Shown here one piece after another: positions 57,840 to 64,000 of a stretch of DNA of 64,000 nucleotides (the stretch's first letter is position 1; every line of letters begins with the position of its first letter). The notes below the pieces were generated by a model that was not told the DNA's origin, did not search any database, and was given only the letters and a program-made list of their open reading frames with translations. Origin of the DNA: an uncultured delta proteobacterium (GTDB taxonomy: Bacteria; Myxococcota; UBA727; VGSZ01). A program made the translations under genes and the position numbers. The stretch spans positions 64,001-128,000 of the forward strand of contig CAVZJB010000014.1 in the NCBI GenBank assembly GCA_963775425.1, read 5' to 3'.

Positions 57840-60435
57840 ATGTCTACCGCACCGCCCTCTGACGGCCCGGGCCAGAACCCGATCCTCGACACCCTCGAGC
57901 AGGTCCTCGAGCACAGGCTCACCAAGGCCCTCCTCGTCGGGCTCGTCATCATCTCGTTGTTGCCCTTGGACGCGCCGGTGGAGCGTTCGTTGCGGCCGGT
58001 CTTCCTCGGCGTGTTCGGCGTCGAGCTCGTCGTCCGCTTCCTGATCTACCGGCTGCGGCGACGAGGCGAGAGCGTGGTGGCGGCGGTGTTCGCCTTCACC
58101 GACGTGCTTGCGTTCGTGAGCTTCCTGCCGGTCGAGCACGTGATCGGGGAGGACAAGGTGTTCGCGCTGCGCGTGCTCCGGCTCACGCGCCTGCTGATGC
58201 TCTTGCGCTTCGCCAAGGAGCTGGCGCTCGACATCTACACCATCATGACGCGGCGCGAGCAGCTCCAGCAGTTCGCCCTCGTCACCGCCGCCGTCGCCGT
58301 CCTCGCCTTCGTCGCGGCCGTGATCATCGCCACCCTCGACATCCCGTACGACAACGTCCAGAACCCACACTTCCTCGATGACCTGTGGTGGTCGTTCCGG
58401 CAGCTCGAGGACACCGGCAACATCGTCACCACCGTCCGCGCCGACCCCATCATCTTCGTGATCTCGTTGGTGCTCACCATCACCGGCGTCTTCATCATCT
58501 CGTTCATCATCGGCATCGGCTCCAACGTCGTCGATCAAGTGGTCGCGTCGGAGCGCCGCCGGCCGCTGACCTATCACGGGCACACCGTGGTGACGGGGCC
58601 GGTGCACCAAAACGAGGTGCTCATCGGCGAGTTCGTGCGCATCTACGCCAAGAACCGGCAGATCCCCTCGCCGGAGAAGCTGCTCACCTGGGTGCGCCAC
58701 ATGTCGCCGGTGCAGACGGCCAAGCCGTTTCCGCGCGTGGCGCTGTTGAGCCACAAGGACAGCTCGCCGGCCTACCTGTGGGAGCCGCTGATGAGGTGGG
58801 TGGTGTACCGCCAGGGCGACGCCGCCGAGCCCTCGTCGCTCGACCTCGTGGGGGCCCACCGCGCCAAGCGCGCCATCCTCCTCGCGCGCAACGAGCTGCG
58901 CCACGAGGCCGACGCCGTCTCCATCGCCACCCTCGCGGCCTTCCGCGCCAAGAACACCGACGCGCAGGCGTTCGTCGAGGTCACCGAGAGCGCCACGGTG
59001 CCCATCGTCCACCAGGTGGGCGGCGCCGGCACCTTCGCGCTCGACATGCCCCGGCTGCTCGGCATGTTCCTGTGCCAGCACATCATCACGCCCGGCGTCG
59101 AGCGGCTGTACCGCAACCTGCTCACGTCGGCGGGCAGCGAGATCTACACCCACGTCTTCGTCGACGAAGCCGAGAAGCGCGCGCTGCGCGACGTGGCCGC
59201 CGCCGGCACCGTGCGCTTCGAAGACCTCGCGCGCGCCGCGCTGTCGCGGCACGGCGTGTACCTCATCGGCGTCATCCTCGGCGACGAGGAGGTGAGCCGC
59301 CGCCGCTACGACAACGTCCCCGTGGACAACCTCGCCACGTGGCTCAACCCGTACGTGGTCCCCGCCGACGAGCCCGAGCTCGCCCGCTTCGATTCTGAAG
59401 CCGGGCCTGGTGCCGCTCGCAAAGTTCCGCGGCCTCATCGGCATCTGCGAGAGCTATATGCCGCTCGCCGCGGTCGCCCGCGACGTCACCATCGGTACCG
59501 GCGTGGCCATCCCGCGCGAGGCGCCCATCGCCGACCACGAGCTCGAGATGATCGCGGGTGCGTCGACGCCGCCGCGGGCGGGGCCGCCGCGGGTGGCGCT
59601 CGTCGGCGGCTCGGACGCGCTCGCCGCGCTCGTGCGCGAGCTGGCGCGCTACGTCCCCGGCGTCGAGACCATGCTGTTTCTGTCGGCGCGCGACGACCAG
59701 CGGGTGCCGCTGGCGCGCCGCCTCGGGGACCTCGGCCTGAGCTTCGACCCGCACGACGAGCTGCCCGGGCGCGAGGGGCGCGCCTTTCCCCTCGAGCGCG
59801 GCGGGAGCATCACGGTCTTCACCCATGACGCGCCCGATCTCGCGCGCTTCGCCGCCGGCGTGATGTCCAGCCACCCGCCGGTGTCGGCCGTCGTGTTCCT
59901 CTCGGAGCCCGAAGGCGACGAACGCGACGCCCGCACCGCCCTGCGCATCCTGCGCTACGTCCGCCTGCTCGAGGAGGGCAAGCTCCCCCACGGTGAGCAG
60001 CTCCACGTGCTCGCCGAGTTCATCTCCGTCGAGAAGGGCGCGTACATCCAGCAGCACGTCGACGTCCGCAAGTGCGGCTTCCACCACGAAAACGATCTGC
60101 GCCTCACCCTCGTCTCCACCGACACCATCAAGAACTTCTTCATGGTGCACAGCGCCTTCGTCCCCGGCGTCACGGGTATCTTCGAGTCCTTGCTGCAGGA
60201 GCGTGGTCAGGAATTCGTGCGCATGCGCTTCGACCCGCCCGCAGGTCTCCAGACCACGACGATGCGCGCCATCAAGCGCGCGCTCAGGCCCCTCGGCTGC
60301 ATCGCGTTCGCCGTCGAGATGGACAACCGCGATGTCTTGTTGGCGCCCCCCGGGGACGCCCCGCTCGCGGCCGCCGACATCCGCGGCATCTACGTCATCG
60401 CCGATCAGCCGCGGCTCGAGAAACGCGAGCCCTGA
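57840..60435 (+). CDS. 6-TM cation channel with S4-like helix, CASTOR/POLLUX-like pore and two RCK-like domains; +1 frameshift near 59393
   Basis: LRVLRLTRLL, LWWSFRQLEDTGN, GHTVVTG, YRQGD, GSEIY, DARTALRIL, HVLAE. Coding signal switches frame at TTC GAT T CTG AAG. Confidence 0.72.
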
Positions 60436-60472
60436 GCCCGCATCGGATGTTAGACCCCCAAGAGGAGGGCCC

Positions 60473-60853
60473 ATGGCCACGGTTCATGCCACCAAGGACA
60501 ACTTCAACTCGCTCATCGAAAAGGGCGGGATCGTGCTGTTCGACTTCTGGGCCGAGTGGTGCGGTCCGTGCCGTCGCTTCGCCCCCATCTTCGAGACCGC
60601 GAGCGACAAGCACACCGACGTCACCTTCGCCAAGGTCGACACCGAGGAGCAGCCCGAGCTGGCCGGCGGCTTCGGCATCCGCTCCATCCCGACGCTGATG
60701 GTGTTCCGCGACCAGGTGCTCTTGTTCCAGCAGGCGGGCGCACTCCCCGGCGAGGCGCTCGAGGAGCTCCTGACGCAGATCCGCGCCCTCGACATGGACA
60801 AGATCAAGGCCGAGATCGCCGCCGAGGAAGCCAAGGAAAAGGCCGCGACCTGA
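60473..60853 (+). CDS. trxA: Thioredoxin
   Basis: DFWAEWCGPCR, FGIRSIPTL; SD AGGAGG. Confidence 0.93.
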   Translation: MATVHATKDNFNSLIEKGGIVLFDFWAEWCGPCRRFAPIFETASDKHTDVTFAKVDTEEQPELAGGFGIRSIPTLMVFRDQVLLFQQAGALPGEALEELLTQIRALDMDKIKAEIAAEEAKEKAAT

Positions 60854-60980
60854 AAGGCTGACGAAAGACAAGGCTCGTAGCAGCACTCGGCGAAGCCTCA
60901 ACGGTCCATCGGGCCAGCCCTCGTGGCCACTCGCGGCGGTCTCGATGACGCGGATCAGCCTCTGAGCTCAGCGGCGTTGC

Positions 60981-61047
60981 GACATTCACGGCGGGACGGG
61001 GTTTGTCGCTGACGACGACGACGACGTCTTGCCCCGCCGTGAATGTC
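60981..61047. terminator. 15-bp perfect inverted repeat between convergent genes
   Basis: GACATTCACGGCGGG (60981-95) and CCCGCCGTGAATGTC (61033-47). Confidence 0.5.
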
Positions 61048-61062
61048 TACGCGGTCGCGTGG

Positions 61063-63153
61063 CTAGGCCACGAAGCCGACCTTCGCGCCGCCCTTGATGA
61101 AGCGCTGCTCCTCCTCGAGGCCGCCGGCGAGGTCGGCGCAGCGCGGGGCGTCGAGCAGCAGCCACGCCCGGCGGGCGACGGCGGCGAAGTGGCCGGCGCA
61201 CAGCCCGTTGAGCCGATCCAGGCGGTGCGCCGTGACGTCGTCGAGCGCGCCGTCGCCGGGGGCGCCGTCGCCGGGGGCGTCTGCGGCGCCCACGGCGCGG
61301 GCGAGCGTGGCGAAGAGGGAGCGGCGCTGGACCGGCGACAGCGGGTCGAAGCGCACCTTCACGTCGAACCGGCGAAACGCCGCGGCGTCGAGGGCGCCCA
61401 CGAGGTTGGTGGCGCAGGCGAAGACGCCGTCGAACGCCTCCATCTGCACCAGCAGCTCGTTGGTCTGCGTGAGCTCCCAGGAGCGCTCGGCGGCCGCGCG
61501 CTCGCGCAGGATGCCGTCGGCCTCGTCGACGAACAGCACCGCGTCCTCGTCACGCGCCTCGTCGAACATGGCGGCGATGTTCTGCTCGGTCTGCCCCACC
61601 CAGGGCGACAGCAGGTCGCTCATGCGCTTGATGATGATGCGCTTGTGCGCCCGTTCGGCCGCGTGCTTGATGAACGCGGTCTTGCCCGAGCCCGGCGGGC
61701 CGTACAGGCACACGCGCACCCCGCGGCCGCCGGCGATGGTGCGCGCGAGCTTGTCGAGGTCGACGCTGGCGTTGGCGTACGCCAGGTCATAGGGGAACGG
61801 CAGCGCAGGCGCCTGGGTGCGCTTGGGCCCCGCCACGATCTTGAGCGTGTTGTCGACGATGCGGTGCACGGTGCCCTCGACGTCGTCGATGCCGCCGAGC
61901 GACACCACCCGCGCCGCCCGCTCCACCACCGCCGGCGCCAGCCGCTCGTCCGCCGCCAGGAGCGCGCGCGCCCGCTCGCTCACGGGGAGGCCCTCGAGGT
62001 GTTGGTCCACGGCGCGCCGCCGGATGCGCTCCGGGGGCACGCGCATGGACAGCACGAGGTCGAAGCGGCGCAAGAGCGCGGGGTCGATGTGGTCGACATG
62101 GTTGGTGGTCCACAGCGCCGGCACCGGGTTCTCCTCGAGGGTGCGGACGAAGAACCCCTTGTCCTCGCGCGATTCGGCCACGCCCCACAGCGCGGCGAAG
62201 GCGTTGCGCGGCAGCACGTCCTCGATCTCGTCGAAGAGCACCGCGCCCCGCTCGCTGCTCGCGAGCAGGCGCTGGCAGAAGGCGTAGCTGCCGAGGCGGG
62301 CGAAGCCGATCTTTTCGTGATCGTCGGTGGCCACCGGCACCTCGCCGAGCGACGCCCCCGCGCCCTGCGCGATGAGCCGCGCGGTCTCGGTCTTCCCGGT
62401 GCCCGGCGGGCCGTACAACAGGATGTTCACGCCCGGCGTCTTCTTCTCGATGGCGCCGCGCATGAGGGCCACGGCGATGTCGACGTCGCGGCGCACGTGC
62501 TCCACGTCGTCGAGGGACAGCGCGCTGGGCTTCCCGTGCGTCACGAACGCGCGCATGGCGTCGTCCGCGGTCTTGGGCGGCCGCCGCAGCAGCGACTTGA
62601 GGCCCGTGTGCAGCATGAGCGCGCCTTCGCCGCGGAAGCCGTCGGTCTTGACGAGGTGGCAGCGCGCGAGCGTGCCCTTGCCGTCGAGGGCGAGGAGGAG
62701 CGTGTCGCCGGAGACGCCGATGATGGGGCCGGCGACGCGGGCGAAGCGCGCGAGGGTGCGCACGTGCTCCTGGAGGAGGTCGTTGAACACCGCTTCGTGC
62801 CAGTGCAGCAGCGCGAGCGCGAGCGTGTCGCGCTCGACGAGGGAGAGGTCGAGGGGGCCCCCGATGAGGTCGGCGATGCGGAAGGCGGCGCCGTCGCGCG
62901 GCGGCCGGTTCTTCTCGATCCGGCGGATCAGCCGCTCGATGTCCTTGAAGCGTGCGTCGAACCGCGTGCTGTCGTAGCTGGCCAGGCCGAGCTCGTCGCA
63001 GGCGTCGTCGTCGAGCCAGAAGCCGTTCCGGCCGCGGGCGGAGCGGCGCGCGACGCGCATCACCTCGCGCGCGGCGCGGGCGAGCCACAGCCGCGCGAGC
63101 GGGTCGAGGACCCCGCCGGCTTTCCGGGTCGGCTGTGTGCGCGTCGTCGTCAT
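61063..63153 (-). CDS. AAA+ ATPase with two AAA modules
   Basis: YGPPGTGKT/FDEIED/LLRRFD and YGPPGSGKT/FVDEAD/AFRRFD; C-terminal KVGF. Confidence 0.9.
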   Translation of the reverse strand: MTTTRTQPTRKAGGVLDPLARLWLARAAREVMRVARRSARGRNGFWLDDDACDELGLASYDSTRFDARFKDIERLIRRIEKNRPPRDGAAFRIADLIGGPLDLSLVERDTLALALLHWHEAVFNDLLQEHVRTLARFARVAGPIIGVSGDTLLLALDGKGTLARCHLVKTDGFRGEGALMLHTGLKSLLRRPPKTADDAMRAFVTHGKPSALSLDDVEHVRRDVDIAVALMRGAIEKKTPGVNILLYGPPGTGKTETARLIAQGAGASLGEVPVATDDHEKIGFARLGSYAFCQRLLASSERGAVLFDEIEDVLPRNAFAALWGVAESREDKGFFVRTLEENPVPALWTTNHVDHIDPALLRRFDLVLSMRVPPERIRRRAVDQHLEGLPVSERARALLAADERLAPAVVERAARVVSLGGIDDVEGTVHRIVDNTLKIVAGPKRTQAPALPFPYDLAYANASVDLDKLARTIAGGRGVRVCLYGPPGSGKTAFIKHAAERAHKRIIIKRMSDLLSPWVGQTEQNIAAMFDEARDEDAVLFVDEADGILRERAAAERSWELTQTNELLVQMEAFDGVFACATNLVGALDAAAFRRFDVKVRFDPLSPVQRRSLFATLARAVGAADAPGDGAPGDGALDDVTAHRLDRLNGLCAGHFAAVARRAWLLLDAPRCADLAGGLEEEQRFIKGGAKVGFVA

Positions 63154-63340
63154 GGCGTGCAGGACGCTAACGATCGGGCGGGCATTCAGCACGGCCGTGA
63201 TCGTGGATCGGCGGTGGGACGCGGGGATCGGCCGAGCGCGCGCTCGTGCGATCCGGTTGCTAAGCTCACGGTTCGATGCCGCTCCGCACGCCTTCCCTCG
63301 CTGCGCTCGGTCAGAGTGCGCGCCTCCCGCCGGTCGGCAG

Positions 63341-64000
63341 ATGACGCGCGTCAACGGCTCCGGCGTCTCCACGCGCAACCCCTTCGGGCCCACCTGGGCC
63401 AAGGGGACCGAGAAGGCCGAGGGCCTCGGCCGCCAGGTGCAAAACGAGCTCTTCGGCAAGAAGAAGCCGCGGGAGCTCGACCCCGACGACGCCGACACCG
63501 CCGCGCTCATGGCGCGCTTGCACGCGTTTCGAAAGAAGCTCGCGCGCCTGGCCGGCGACGAGGAGGACGACTACTCGCTCACGCTCGCCGAGGGCACCAT
63601 CGCGATGATCGACGCCCAGGGGAAGATCTACGTGGGCAAGCGCTTCCTGTTGACGTCGTCGTTGGAGCTGCAGGTCGGCGTCATCGCCCACGAGATCGGG
63701 CACCGCCCGCGGCGCTGGGACGAGTACCGTCAGACCCAGCCGCGCACCAGGGACGAGCTGCACGAGCTGCTGCGCCTCGAGGAGACCTACGCCGACTTCT
63801 TCGCCGGCCGCGCGCTCGCGGAGCTCGGCATCCCCTGCGACCCCGTCTGCGATTTCCTGACGGCGCTCGACAACGCCGACGGCGAGCGCCCGCACCCCGA
63901 GTACTTCCCCGCCAAGCTGCGCTGCGAGGTCATCCGCGAGGGCTTCACCGACGGCAAGCGCAAGGCCGAGACGCGCAAGAAGATGTTCCCCGAGCTCGCC
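63341..64000 (+). CDS. HExxH zinc metalloprotease-like protein (M48-like), truncated by window end
   Basis: Not in ORF track. Manual translation gives MTRVNGSG...GVIAHEIGH...EETYADFFAG. Confidence 0.7.
   Translation, partial: MTRVNGSGVSTRNPFGPTWAKGTEKAEGLGRQVQNELFGKKKPRELDPDDADTAALMARLHAFRKKLARLAGDEEDDYSLTLAEGTIAMIDAQGKIYVGKRFLLTSSLELQVGVIAHEIGHRPRRWDEYRQTQPRTRDELHELLRLEETYADFFAGRALAELGIPCDPVCDFLTALDNADGERPHPEYFPAKLRCEVIREGFTDGKRKAETRKKMFPELA

Overview
A very GC-rich, gene-dense bacterial window. It is most consistent with an uncultured Myxococcota/deltaproteobacterial lineage: it carries several Hanks-type kinases, Cys-rich lipoproteins, (GE)n linkers, a TIGR04551-like barrel and a myxobacterial-type T3SS rod protein (taxonomy is inference). 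About 55 CDS are supportable. I found no rRNA, tRNA, CRISPR array, integrase or transposase. The strongest candidate for an undescribed system is at 5930-17632. There, phaB, a small phasin-like gene and phaR are divergent from a translationally coupled nine-gene operon. That operon joins a class III/IV-type phaC (no phaE or phaA in the locus) to an esterase, an acyl-CoA ligase, a lipoprotein esterase, an outer-membrane barrel flanked by two paralogous lipoproteins, and an MFS permease. Four PhaR-box-like sites mark the locus, one inside a CDS. It looks like a polyester/lipid scavenging-and-storage locus. Other notable items: an Hsp70-Ser/Thr kinase-TM fusion; a three-gene cation channel/transporter cluster linked to rtcB, including a voltage-sensor-bearing CASTOR/POLLUX-like channel with a frameshift; an orphan T3SS inner-rod gene; a portable Cys-knot-(GE)n lipoprotein module; a 24-nt motif that starts at the stop codons of two unrelated genes; and a recurring leaderless-mRNA signature. 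All family assignments come from motif recognition by eye, not database searches.
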